Assembly: GCA_016201275.1 (NCBI GenBank)
Contig: JACQDB010000114.1
Coordinates: forward strand, 32,111 to 96,110
Reading direction: 5' to 3'
Length of the DNA stretch: 64,000 nt
From: Acidobacteriota bacterium
GTDB lineage: Bacteria > Acidobacteriota > Blastocatellia > UBA7656
Shown: positions 38,901 to 48,679 of the stretch, one piece after another
How the letters are laid out: every line of letters starts with the position of its first letter
Numbering within the stretch: the stretch's first letter is position 1
The notes under the pieces: generated by a model
What the model saw: the letters and a program-made list of their open reading frames with translations, nothing else
Told to the model about the DNA's origin: nothing
The model's database searches: none
Made by a program: the position numbers and the translations under genes

Positions 38901-41900
38901 TCAATCCGGTCATCGAATTCGGCATAGGCTTGTCGTTAGGCGTCGGCAAAACCATTAATGAAGGCGTCTTTTCGGCGGGTGCATCGGTCACCGTGCAGGG
39001 CATATTGCAGGGCGTATTGGGATGGTTCAACCCGAACGACAACGCCTTGCCCAAAGAGATGTACTACTGGATTCAAGGGACGATTTCCATCGTCGGCAAA
39101 GTTTATGGCACTGTGGATTTCGTGATTATTTCGGTCAGCATCTCGATTACCGTTTATGCCAGCGCGACCTTGACCATCGAATGTTATCAGCCGATTTTAA
39201 TCAGCCTGTCGGCAGGTGTGTCGGTGACCGCAAGCGTCAAGATTCTCTTCATACGCATACATTTTTCGTTTTCGATGCAGATCAATTTATCGTTCACCAT
39301 CGGCCACGCTTCGCCGACGCCGTGGATTAAAGCGTCTTCCGGCGGACAACAGTTGCAGCAGGCCAAAGCGATGTCGGCCAGTCGTGCGGTGTTGAAAGCC
39401 GCATCGTTTATGGCCGTCTCTTCGACCTCGTATTCGCTGGTGTGGAATCCGGTCAATGTGTTCGGCGGCACTTCCTACACCTTGCAGATGTTCATCGTTC
39501 CGGCCTTCACCGTCGCCGTGCAGGAGTGCATAGCCAATCCCATCACCACGCCGCAGGTGCAGGCGGTGATGCTGCCTTTTGTCGAGAACAGCTTGCCCAC
39601 TACGCCCACTTCGTCAAAAGACATACGCACCATCAACAGCGACACCGCCAGCGAACTGCCGTTCAATCGCCTCGCACACGCATTGCTGGCGTGGTCTATT
39701 TATGCTTTGACGCAAGGCAACAGCACCACTATCAAAGCCGATGGATTGGATTACATCTATGACCAGATGATGGCGGATGATGCAGGAGAAACGATCTTCG
39801 CTTATCAAGGTTCGACGATTTATCAAAATCTCTCGAACTTCATCGGCAACAACTTCACGTTTCAGATCACCGGCACTTCCGACAGTTCGCAAAACGCGAT
39901 GAGCGCTACCATCTTCCCCATCATGCCGGATTTGGTGATGACCGCCGGAAACAACGCGCCGATTGATTTCAGCCTCTTCAATCAGGTTGACCAGAATTAT
40001 GAAGAGCAGCTTGCCGAATATTTCAAAGAGCGCATGGCCAACGCCGACGCCAACAACGCCCAAGACCCGCTGGCCGATCAAAATGGTTCCTCACTGATGT
40101 TGCAATCGTCGAATGAACCCGCCGAAGAATCTTTGGCGACGGTCATCTTCAAAGACTATTTTTTCATGGTTGCCAAAGCTGGCATACAGGCGGCGCAGGA
40201 TGCCATGAACACCTATCAATATGCCGTGCAGTCGGGCGATAAATTGACCACCATCGTTGACAATTTCCCCAGCGGCGCAACCACAGTCGAACAGCTTGCC
40301 GTAGCCAATGCCGATGTCACGCTCCAACAAAATACTTTGTTGACCAATATTGGTTTGTTGTATGGCGACAGCCAAACACCTGTAGTCAAATATCAAATCA
40401 AGAGCGGCGATACCTTGGCCTCCATCGCCGCGAGTTTCAACGGCAACACCGGCATCGTCACGCAGAACCTGAGCAACGATTCGATCTTCCAGTTGACCGC
40501 CGTGGTCAACTATCCGGCGTCGCAATACACCACGCAAAGCGGCGACACGCTTGATTTCGTAGCCGCTTATTATCTGGTTCGCAATCTGGAAAATGGCAGT
40601 CAAAGAGACCTGCGCTGGTTCACGCAATTAATCATTGACTCGAATAACAGCGTGGATTTCCGCTTGCCTCTGACGAATGGAGCGACTTTGCAGATGCCGC
40701 AATTTACGGTCAACCCGCAAGGTCTCGTGGTGCTGGGCAACAACACGACCTACATAGTGCAATCGGGTGACACGCTCGCTTCGATTGCCGAAGCGAATTT
40801 GAATGCGATAGCCGCGTCGTTGAATTTGACGCCGCAATCGTTCGCCATTGATCCGGTCTTCGGTTGGTTCGAGCAGGCAATTGTGGCGCTCAGTTCGCAG
40901 AACGCCAATAATCAAAACGTAGATTTTACGGGCATTTTGCCGTTCGGCACGGTGATGACCATTCCGGTGATTCAATTGACTTCGGCAGGTGTCATTCAAC
41001 CGCCCAACAATCCTACGTTCAATTACACTTCGCGCAACGGTGACACCGTTGGTTTAATCGCCGGGTATTTCCTGTTGACGCAGGTCGAGCAGAGTCTGTT
41101 GACGCCTATGGAAACCAACATCAAGAACGCCAACCCCGGCGCGACCTTCAGCCCGCTGCCCGCTACGCTCAACATTCCTATGCTGCAACATCAGATTGAT
41201 CCTGCCGATTCGTTCGCTATTCTCGAAACGCTGTTCGACACTACGGTTGATGTGGCGACGGCGAATAATCAATCAGCGGGACTCTTAACGCCGCTGGCGA
41301 TTCTCGATATTCCCAACGTCACGCACCCAATAGCAGCGGGTGAAACGCTCACCAAAATCGCCGCGATTTACAACTTCACGGTTGACGATTTCGCCGTGAT
41401 GATTGAAGACGTAGAAAATATATTTGTCGCATCAACTGCCGAGACGCCTGCTTACATCACCATTCCGGCATTGCAGGAAATCAATATTCAAGAGTTGTTG
41501 ACTTATATGGTGAACAACGGCGATTTCAATAATATGGCGGGAATGGTGTCGCGCTTTATGCTGCACGGTATGCGAATCCCGCAACCGCCGCCCGCAGGCG
41601 AACAACTCAACCTCACCATTCAACATTTCAAAGACGGCTTGGTTGACACAGGCACGCTCTGCCCGTTGTATCAAATGACTGGGCAACAGTTCGCCGCGCC
41701 GCCAAGCGTACCGGAATCTTACGACATCACTTTCGTCAACAAAGGGCAGGCGAGTTGGATCGAATTTTTACCGACCGGCACTTATACGTTGCCAAGTGAA
41801 CAGACGTTGGCGCAGATTGCTCAAACGCTTGGTGTGCCTGCGCCGCAGATTGTTGCCTTAAATCCGAATGTTGATTTCAACCAACCGGTTCCGCAAGGCA

Positions 41901-44900
41901 CGTTGTTGAATGTGCCGTCCGGCTCGCTGGTCGTGCAATTGACCAGCACCACGCCGAACGATTATCCCAGCGCGACGTTTTCGCCCAATATTCAAAGCGG
42001 CCCTTCGCCTATGGTGCTGGCGCAGGAAGCTCCGGCGCGTTATTCGCTCACGCAAAATTATGCGTGGCAGGTTCCCGACAATTCTTTGTTTGCCGGTCAA
42101 GGCAGCGGTCAACTCGCAGGGCAGCCGAGTATGTGGCTGTTCCCCGATAACCTGTTGTCGAAAGTTGAAGCCCTCGCGAGTCCGACGCAATTTGATTTGC
42201 AGACCGGCTCATACACGACCGGCGCAGTGATGAATACCACGCCGGTGCAGGCGTATTACTGGGCGACGGCTTTGAAAGTCAACATACGACAGATTGATTC
42301 GGAAGCCACCAAAGCCACTATGCCTGGTAGTTATTTGGTTCTCGGTTCCGACCAGGCGGGTAACGATTTGCTGCGCGAAGTCTATGACTATTTGACGACG
42401 CCGAAACAGACCGACAAAGCGACTTTGTATCTGCTTTATCAACCGAATCCTGCCAGCGCCAACAGCAACGGGCTGGCGTCGGACCTACTCGACACCACCA
42501 ATACCTTTGTCTTGAAGACCAATCTTTCGACGGAAACGCACAGCGGCCCACAGCTACTGATGGCAAGCGAGATGGTTTTGGAAGCCAACATCGCCGCGCC
42601 AGTTCCCGAATCGGGCGACTATTATGCCAACATCGCCGCGTCGCAAGATTTCATGCAATTCCTCTGGCAGGCCAGCATCGTCGGCACCGGCGGATTCTAT
42701 TTGAACTACGCCACACAAAGCGGCGGCATAGGGCTTCCCGGCAGCGTCTTTTCCAACGGCACGGATGCGACCTTGTGGCTGGTCATACTGCTCAGTTCGC
42801 AGACCACACCCGGCGCTACACAACATCAGGTCTATTCGTTCAACAACTGCGCCATCATTGACGACAACATCAACACCTCGAAAGTCAATCTGTTTGCCGA
42901 ACGCACCGATGGCACAGATTTGGTTCCTTACACCACCGTTGCGGCTGGCAATCTGGGCTTTGAATTGACGCGCCCGAATCCCGATCAAGCGCCCGAATCG
43001 CCTACGCAATTGACTCAGGCTCTGTATAACCTTCTGGGTTTTGAAATCGTCGGCGACACGCTGTTTTCCGACAGCGGCGAAATGCCTCCGGTAGGGCCAA
43101 CCCAGGACGACCCGAACAGCAGCGGCGGCATGGCGTTGCCGCAAAACGCCAGCACCGACGACACCACCTGGCGCTTTCAACAGGTCGTGCCGATTTATAA
43201 ATTCGCCTTGTTGAACAATGTGCCGCAGGTCTCTGGGCTGCCCAGTCCCACAGAAAATCCGTATGCCGGTATCACCAAAATTTTGTCCGGCCAGCAATAC
43301 AATTTAGGCAGCGCCACGTTCAGCTTCGCGTTTCAGGATGTCTATGGAAATCGCACGCCGCCCGATGTGCCGATCAATAATCTGCCCATTCCCGTGGGCT
43401 ATTTCGACACCATCATAGGCTTGTCGCAATGGCCGGGTACGGCTTCGACGTTTGAATTTACCGGCGCAGGTGGCAAGCCGATTTTGAATATTGAAATCGG
43501 CCTGGACATCTCGAAGTACGTTCCCAACGCGGGCAACCCTTATACCAACGCCGTCTATAGCGCGAGTTCGCATCAGCAACGCTACAAGCAGCTTTATTAT
43601 CAGGTGCAACAGAAACAGATCAGCGGACAGACCGAGACCTATGATTTGACGTTCTATTTAAGCACCACGATGAGCCAGCAATCATCGTCCGTGTTGCCGA
43701 CGCGCTACGAAATTGAACCCAGATATTTGCTGTCCAATTTCATCAACTCGGCTTATGTGTTTTTGAACACCGCGATGTGGTGGCGCGCTTACAATTATTC
43801 GCTCAATGCGAACGACACGTTTGCGACCATTGCCAAAACTTTCTTCGGCGTGGATGCGGGCAGCGACCCGGCGACGCTCGAAGCGATTGCCACGGCCAAT
43901 CAAAACACGGCGGTCGCCAACTTCCTCGCTTCCGATATAGCGATTCCCAATTTCTATGTTGTCGCGCAGGGAGACAGTTTGCAAACTATCAATGAACGCA
44001 CCGGGTTTGCCATTGATACCTTGGTGCAGCAAAACGAAAGCGCGCCGCTCAATGCCGGAACCGACATCGCTTTGCCCAATCGCACCGTGACGTTGCAATT
44101 CACCGACGATACTGACAACACGCTGGCCAATGTAGCGGCTTCGGCAAACGTGCTGGCAACCGTAGGTGGCTTGGCGGTTGCCAATCTTACCTCAGCCAGT
44201 TTGTTAGCCAAAGACACGCCGTTCACCTATCAAGGCTTCACTGTGAAAATCGGCGACACGGTTGGCACTTCGACCATTCAGACGTTTCAGGATTTGGTCA
44301 ACTATTTCGCCAACGCCTTGCAGGGCAAAAACGTCAGCGTCACCGCCGAAGACATTGCCGTTGCCAATCAAACCGTGCAGGGCGTCTTTGTTGAAGGCGC
44401 GACCTTGACGATTGCCGACTATGTTTTTCAAACCGGCGACACCATTGAAAGTGTCCTCGCTTATTTCAAACCCTATCCGCAAATTGGCCTTGAACAACTC
44501 ATCAGCACGGTCAGTCAAGGCGTGCCGAATTCTGCGTTGCCGAATTATTTTGCCGCAGGAACTCCTCTCTATCTCAATTCCACTACGCAATCGTTCAGCG
44601 ACACCGACACGCTGGTTTCGATAGCCGCAGAAAATCATCTGACCTTGCAGCAACTGGCGTTTTACAATGCCGGAACCGCTTTGAAGGAGACTGCCTCGCT
44701 GACCATTCCGAATCTGGTTTACATTGAACCGAATCTGGGGCGGTTCTATTCGTTCTATGAAACGACGGGCAGCGAAACCTTCCAGCAAATCGCCCAACTG
44801 TTCAACGCACAGGTCAGCGATATGGCCAACGACAATCAAAATCAAACGGGAATCTTTGCGCCGCAACAGACCATCAAGATTATTGAAAACAGCAAACCCT

Positions 44901-47900
44901 ACAGCGTGACCACAGGCGACTACGACACCTTCAACACCTTGATTGCCGCTTTCGCCGCACAGGGCTTGACGATTTCGCTTGGCGATTTCGCGGCGGCGAT
45001 TCAGACCAACAGCGGCTTGATTGCCGAAGGCGGATTCCTCACCATGCCGTTGCCGCAAGTTCAAGCGACGGCGACAAGCGGCGGACTTGCGACTACAAAA
45101 TCGCTGGCGCAGATTGCCGAAGATTTTCAACCCGCGTATGTCAAAGCGGCTGGGCTTGCCGAAGCCGTCAGCAATTTGGGACTCGCCAACAGCGCCTTGA
45201 AAGGATTTTTGCAGGCAGGGGCAACCGTTTATCCGAATCAAACCGAAGCCAGCAAACAGGGCGTGACCTTGCAGACCGCTGCTAATGATACGTTCGTTTC
45301 ACTGGTGACGCGCTTTTTATTAGAGACCGGCATCACCACCACGGTTGATGACATCGTTACCGCCAATCAGAATTTGACGACCTTGGTTGCGCCAGATGCT
45401 GCGTTTATGCTGCCGCCGATTTCGGCCATCATCAATCAAACGATCAACGCGCAGTTCCCAGACATCATCTTCCCTGTGTCTGCAAAACTGGAGATGGAAC
45501 GCGATGATGATTTGATTGACGCGGGATTCAAACAGACTTTGCCGACGCCGAATTATGATGATGTGTCGGGCGCGGAATTAGACCGCTCGACCATCGCGCC
45601 GCGCACCACTACAGGCGCAGGGCAGTCGTTGAATCTAGGCGATTTCGCTGTGGATTTCGAGACCAACGCCTTCCCAGGTTTGAAGATCGCTACCGGCAAA
45701 TCGCAGAGCGAAGCGCAAACGCAATCGGGCGTACCGCCTCTATGGGCGGTCAATTTCAGCACAGGCGGTTTCAGTCAGTTCGAAATTCAAAGCGCCAGTC
45801 CGAGTTTTTACGCCGTCAAACCGCTCTCTACGCAATTGCAGTCGCGTTCAAACGTGCCGATTCAACCGTATGCCAACGGCGCGCTGGAAGCGGCGAAGGC
45901 CATGAATTTTCAAGCTATTGATCTGGATGTGTGGGTGCGAGATTTCCTCGCTGCGGTGGATTTATTCCTGTCTCCTGAGTACGCGGTTCCGGCTTATACT
46001 CTTGACCCGACGCACGCCGCTTATACCAGCGTCGTCACCTCGAAAGGCTCGATTGCCAACGCGGTTTCCGCAAGTGTGGATTTCATACTGAATCAGAATC
46101 AGACGGAGAGCGGCAACCCGGCGCTCGAAGCGGCACAGCAAGCGTTGCTGCAACAACTGCTCATCAATTTGTCGAATGGTTACGCGACCGATGCGATCAT
46201 TCAATATCCGGTCAACATACAATCGCCTTACACCGACGCCGACACCACGCCGCGAATTTCCGGCACGCCAGTTTCAATGATGTACTTGACCGGCGCAAGC
46301 GATGTCATCAGTACGATTGCCAAGGCTTATACGGTCAGCAATGAATATGTGACGGAACTGTTGGCCAACACGCAGCGGATTTTGAACAGCAATGCAACGC
46401 TGTCGCTCAACAACAAATCGGCGACGATGGTGATGATTGCCGACTGGGCGCAGCTTTCACTAGATGCCGTTGCGCTGCAAACCATCGCCAATTATTACAA
46501 CCAGTTTTTCCCTACGACTCTGGATATGATCGCCAATGATCTGCAAGTGACGGGCGGCGGCGGTCTGTTTATGGCCAACACCGTGATCAACATTTCGCAG
46601 ATTAAAAAACCGCTGACCGCTGCGGATTCGTTTGATAGCCTCGCCGAATACTTCAATCAAACGATTACTCAGGTAGCGATAGCGAATCAATATCTGCAAG
46701 GTATCTTCTCGATCACCAGTCTGACCGCCAGTAATCAAACCGTGCCGGTGACGGCGCAGGATTCGCTGTATTCGGTCGGGCAGAAATTCAATCCGGTCTT
46801 GACTGCTGACGCCTTGGCCAATGAGATCGCCGGGCAGAGCAATTTGTTTAATCCGCAATCCATCTTCTCGATGATTCAGGTGGTGCCGGATTACACGCTT
46901 TCGACAGCCAAGACGCCGCTCATCAATAACGGCGCGATGCTGACTTTTATGTTCAACACCAAAACCGAAGCGCTGTATAAAAAACTGTTCTTCGATTTGA
47001 ACTATGTGATGAACGAGATGGAATACGACATTCAAGCGGGCGGCTCGAACATCAGCGATTATCAAGCCTCTTCGTGGTTGTCGTTTATCATCCCGATTGA
47101 TTCAACGGTCAGCAGTCTGCCCAACATCAGTTCACAAATCGGCCAGGTGGAAGTGCCGATACCGCTGCGTTCCTATCCGACGCCGCCTTCGCTAGTGTCG
47201 CAGGAAAGCGTCACCGAGTACCCCGAAGCCACTACGGTGGGTGAAGCCAAGCTGTGGGATTATCGTTTGACGTATGAGCGTCAGGACGCCGCGCAGGACA
47301 CCGATTATATGACTGTCACCTTCAACACTACATCGGTTGATAATGCGGTCAAGAACGCCGCCAGCAACAGCAATCTGGCGCAATTGTTTGACGCGCTGTT
47401 CAATGCTCTGGCGCAATTTTCATCCGTTTATCCGGCGGTTAAAAATGATCTGGCAGTGTTGCCGACCTTAAAACCCGGTGCGCCGAATCCATTGGCCGTA
47501 AGCGCTATGAATGTCTTTCAACAGATCGTCAACGGTGTAGCGAAGGCTTGGGAAAATCTGGTCAATGCGTCGAATCAGCTATCGCGTATGCGGCTTGGCG
47601 CGATGCAGGGCTTGATTGAATTCACCTACAACTACAGTCTGGAATCCACCATTGCGCCGGACGGCAATCTGGCATCGCTGACGGTCAAGCAGCTGGATGC
47701 GATGACGACGGCCTTCCCGGAAAATGTGTATGTCTATACGACCAACAAAGCCGGACAGGTGATTGAGTATCAATTGACCACCAGCAGCGAAGCCGAAGCC
47801 AACGAAACCGAAAAGACGTTTTACTACCCGGACGGCACGGGCGATGCGAACCCAGTGGCGGCGCTTGGGTCGGTGAAACAGATTTTTGAATTTGCCGGTT

Positions 47901-48490
47901 TGGATATGGTGTTGGTGCAAAACGCCTGGGGCGGCGTTTATGTGACGCGCAACGAAAATCTGGTCAGTTACGCGCCGACCAGTCAGACGTTCATTTATCA
48001 AACACCGTTGGCGCGCTTCTCGAATATGATGATTCCGCTAGTACAAAACACCAGTTGCATCAACATCACAGCGACACAAGACCCAACGGATTTCGCTAAG
48101 AACCTGACCGATAGTTTGAACCAGATGTTTACCGAACTGTTTTCGGTGGATGCGTCCGGCACTACGCACGACATCAAGATCGCCTGTCAATATGGTTATC
48201 AGGTGGTCTCTTCATCAAGCGGCGCAAACCCTTGCGGCAATCCCAACGACCCGCTTACCAGTCTGGTCAGCCGTTTGCCGGTGTTGTTCGTGCCGAAATA
48301 TCCTTATGCCTTAAACAATGCGGATTTGGTGAATCAAATCGTGACTTATATTGTTGCGTGGTCGCAGCAGGCATCTTCGGCGGGTGGGTTGTACATTTTT
48401 GAAGTAAGTCTGTTTTCCACTCTCGACCCGCAATTGACGCAGCCTTTATTGGAATTGAAGAATCTGGTTTATCAACCGCCGACCTCCTGA
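35912..48490 (+). CDS. giant (4192 aa) protein with ~20 LysM-like repeats in two arrays, N/T/S-rich beta-type sequence elsewhere; no signal peptide
   Basis: Single uninterrupted 12.6-kb ORF; repeats of type Y.[IV].SGDTL.SIA..[FY]......L...N ...IP (e.g. YQIKSGDTLASIAASF, YIVQSGDTLASIAEANL, YVVAQGDSLQTINERTG). Confidence 0.85.
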   Translation: MNSLQDLINLLTDAIKQGGGNLTLPVNNLPESTTLVGYFQLDTLTINNAKLSSTASEVTVVGTTSISTLNLTNVQATLTGQVVNQATLLQLQVYSLGANWNLTTSFPNLPVSEDFSSSKGTYFLKNSYFGELVLSSPAFTASTFDDTNSNYITGLNFTAGAAVTGPFQQIAHLISSVKLLDIYGGITMQKTDPPLFDLRADLPGFNFNLGQISMTDVHLTMTTDPPADDGEVWTSSLGIAGTISVGTTAPIAMTISSALQNTGIWVFTGVPVGKSTQLANGLADLSALISGSASDLQIPTVGKVFSLFYLSKVSVMLSATDSSVQSIFVSVTSTDPWVLPLPGFTINQISTGWTILNPLVSTKRSISGYVSGIFVFGEEQVGLQVTALVPNFILTASLVTVTNTDDDATALMTTDDPPEGIHLRDVLTTLTGSDGGIPDFIVTEFDLMLDPNNNSYSLATAIYENWTLPVKLGRTTLTFERMTFSIAYNQTSLSGKIASYFNILSTDFMVSAEKPAGDNGWIFSGEMLSGQQLTLQTLATGFLPEDWNVTLPKPLDTLALTTLSASFNTKDNTYALAAGFTWLLDDLVPNYTFEIDANFSLQSICTMVNNVATYSYNGSVSGVFKVNSLTVTVSYQFQSNNSTLSFSINFRGTTLSCSYSTKTVAGQTQKVLTVSIGNLNVGEMIEYLVNLADPSSNFKLSSPWDVLNDISMKNLSLEINLTTNDISIAYTPTSPLDLIIIKLSFIKLTYRKTAGQGSVNIELGGDFLGQEYTSADPLKWDMLNDQPPATPGAGAALLDMEYLGIGQHIALDTTNLNNVTQVINALEAMLQPVDDPSKNPLTQLQGLSFSQNSNWLIGTRFTVMGTVTIAVIFNDPQIYGLLIALGGEKAKSFAGLQFEILYKKVTDTIGVYHIELKLPDAMRHLEFGEVSVTLPIIVLDIYTNGNFKVDFGFPWNVDFSRSFSVQVFPFVGYGGFYFAYLNGDTSTSVPKITNGNFNPVIEFGIGLSLGVGKTINEGVFSAGASVTVQGILQGVLGWFNPNDNALPKEMYYWIQGTISIVGKVYGTVDFVIISVSISITVYASATLTIECYQPILISLSAGVSVTASVKILFIRIHFSFSMQINLSFTIGHASPTPWIKASSGGQQLQQAKAMSASRAVLKAASFMAVSSTSYSLVWNPVNVFGGTSYTLQMFIVPAFTVAVQECIANPITTPQVQAVMLPFVENSLPTTPTSSKDIRTINSDTASELPFNRLAHALLAWSIYALTQGNSTTIKADGLDYIYDQMMADDAGETIFAYQGSTIYQNLSNFIGNNFTFQITGTSDSSQNAMSATIFPIMPDLVMTAGNNAPIDFSLFNQVDQNYEEQLAEYFKERMANADANNAQDPLADQNGSSLMLQSSNEPAEESLATVIFKDYFFMVAKAGIQAAQDAMNTYQYAVQSGDKLTTIVDNFPSGATTVEQLAVANADVTLQQNTLLTNIGLLYGDSQTPVVKYQIKSGDTLASIAASFNGNTGIVTQNLSNDSIFQLTAVVNYPASQYTTQSGDTLDFVAAYYLVRNLENGSQRDLRWFTQLIIDSNNSVDFRLPLTNGATLQMPQFTVNPQGLVVLGNNTTYIVQSGDTLASIAEANLNAIAASLNLTPQSFAIDPVFGWFEQAIVALSSQNANNQNVDFTGILPFGTVMTIPVIQLTSAGVIQPPNNPTFNYTSRNGDTVGLIAGYFLLTQVEQSLLTPMETNIKNANPGATFSPLPATLNIPMLQHQIDPADSFAILETLFDTTVDVATANNQSAGLLTPLAILDIPNVTHPIAAGETLTKIAAIYNFTVDDFAVMIEDVENIFVASTAETPAYITIPALQEINIQELLTYMVNNGDFNNMAGMVSRFMLHGMRIPQPPPAGEQLNLTIQHFKDGLVDTGTLCPLYQMTGQQFAAPPSVPESYDITFVNKGQASWIEFLPTGTYTLPSEQTLAQIAQTLGVPAPQIVALNPNVDFNQPVPQGTLLNVPSGSLVVQLTSTTPNDYPSATFSPNIQSGPSPMVLAQEAPARYSLTQNYAWQVPDNSLFAGQGSGQLAGQPSMWLFPDNLLSKVEALASPTQFDLQTGSYTTGAVMNTTPVQAYYWATALKVNIRQIDSEATKATMPGSYLVLGSDQAGNDLLREVYDYLTTPKQTDKATLYLLYQPNPASANSNGLASDLLDTTNTFVLKTNLSTETHSGPQLLMASEMVLEANIAAPVPESGDYYANIAASQDFMQFLWQASIVGTGGFYLNYATQSGGIGLPGSVFSNGTDATLWLVILLSSQTTPGATQHQVYSFNNCAIIDDNINTSKVNLFAERTDGTDLVPYTTVAAGNLGFELTRPNPDQAPESPTQLTQALYNLLGFEIVGDTLFSDSGEMPPVGPTQDDPNSSGGMALPQNASTDDTTWRFQQVVPIYKFALLNNVPQVSGLPSPTENPYAGITKILSGQQYNLGSATFSFAFQDVYGNRTPPDVPINNLPIPVGYFDTIIGLSQWPGTASTFEFTGAGGKPILNIEIGLDISKYVPNAGNPYTNAVYSASSHQQRYKQLYYQVQQKQISGQTETYDLTFYLSTTMSQQSSSVLPTRYEIEPRYLLSNFINSAYVFLNTAMWWRAYNYSLNANDTFATIAKTFFGVDAGSDPATLEAIATANQNTAVANFLASDIAIPNFYVVAQGDSLQTINERTGFAIDTLVQQNESAPLNAGTDIALPNRTVTLQFTDDTDNTLANVAASANVLATVGGLAVANLTSASLLAKDTPFTYQGFTVKIGDTVGTSTIQTFQDLVNYFANALQGKNVSVTAEDIAVANQTVQGVFVEGATLTIADYVFQTGDTIESVLAYFKPYPQIGLEQLISTVSQGVPNSALPNYFAAGTPLYLNSTTQSFSDTDTLVSIAAENHLTLQQLAFYNAGTALKETASLTIPNLVYIEPNLGRFYSFYETTGSETFQQIAQLFNAQVSDMANDNQNQTGIFAPQQTIKIIENSKPYSVTTGDYDTFNTLIAAFAAQGLTISLGDFAAAIQTNSGLIAEGGFLTMPLPQVQATATSGGLATTKSLAQIAEDFQPAYVKAAGLAEAVSNLGLANSALKGFLQAGATVYPNQTEASKQGVTLQTAANDTFVSLVTRFLLETGITTTVDDIVTANQNLTTLVAPDAAFMLPPISAIINQTINAQFPDIIFPVSAKLEMERDDDLIDAGFKQTLPTPNYDDVSGAELDRSTIAPRTTTGAGQSLNLGDFAVDFETNAFPGLKIATGKSQSEAQTQSGVPPLWAVNFSTGGFSQFEIQSASPSFYAVKPLSTQLQSRSNVPIQPYANGALEAAKAMNFQAIDLDVWVRDFLAAVDLFLSPEYAVPAYTLDPTHAAYTSVVTSKGSIANAVSASVDFILNQNQTESGNPALEAAQQALLQQLLINLSNGYATDAIIQYPVNIQSPYTDADTTPRISGTPVSMMYLTGASDVISTIAKAYTVSNEYVTELLANTQRILNSNATLSLNNKSATMVMIADWAQLSLDAVALQTIANYYNQFFPTTLDMIANDLQVTGGGGLFMANTVINISQIKKPLTAADSFDSLAEYFNQTITQVAIANQYLQGIFSITSLTASNQTVPVTAQDSLYSVGQKFNPVLTADALANEIAGQSNLFNPQSIFSMIQVVPDYTLSTAKTPLINNGAMLTFMFNTKTEALYKKLFFDLNYVMNEMEYDIQAGGSNISDYQASSWLSFIIPIDSTVSSLPNISSQIGQVEVPIPLRSYPTPPSLVSQESVTEYPEATTVGEAKLWDYRLTYERQDAAQDTDYMTVTFNTTSVDNAVKNAASNSNLAQLFDALFNALAQFSSVYPAVKNDLAVLPTLKPGAPNPLAVSAMNVFQQIVNGVAKAWENLVNASNQLSRMRLGAMQGLIEFTYNYSLESTIAPDGNLASLTVKQLDAMTTAFPENVYVYTTNKAGQVIEYQLTTSSEAEANETEKTFYYPDGTGDANPVAALGSVKQIFEFAGLDMVLVQNAWGGVYVTRNENLVSYAPTSQTFIYQTPLARFSNMMIPLVQNTSCINITATQDPTDFAKNLTDSLNQMFTELFSVDASGTTHDIKIACQYGYQVVSSSSGANPCGNPNDPLTSLVSRLPVLFVPKYPYALNNADLVNQIVTYIVAWSQQASSAGGLYIFEVSLFSTLDPQLTQPLLELKNLVYQPPTS

Positions 48491-48593
48491 AGCGCTGCGG
48501 GAAGAGAAGTGAAGGCTCATCGTTATTGGAAACTTTGAGCCTTCACGGTGTCAGCCATATGGCCGAGAACTTCTGCGCGAGAACCCGGCATTT

Positions 48594-48679
48594 GCCGCAC
48601 GTTCATTTCGAGTGATGCCTTGAAACTGGCTCTGGTAGCCGGTTTCGTGTCGCGGTGTGTTCACCTGCCTAACGCTTCC
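48594..48679. repeat. dispersed structured repeat family, copy R2 (modules ccgcacGttcatttcgagt / tgaaactggctcYgtagccggtttc / cctaacgcttcc)
   Basis: Shares modules with 8271-8310, 49945-50135, 51131-51368. Confidence 0.8.

Noticed and set aside
36200-47100. Multiple 100-345-aa minus-strand ORFs inside the giant gene (e.g. 44204-45241, 42554-43297, 37100-37717)
   Set aside because: All are antisense to a single uninterrupted 12.6-kb plus-strand ORF with coherent repeat structure. They are Arg/Gly-rich artefacts.
27440-48500. Prophage, contractile injection system or T6SS interpretation of the island
   Set aside because: No terminase, portal, sheath/tube, baseplate, VgrG/Hcp or integrase-like sequence was recognised. 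The paralog pair does not resemble known sheath or tube proteins by motif. This is kept as an open hypothesis only.
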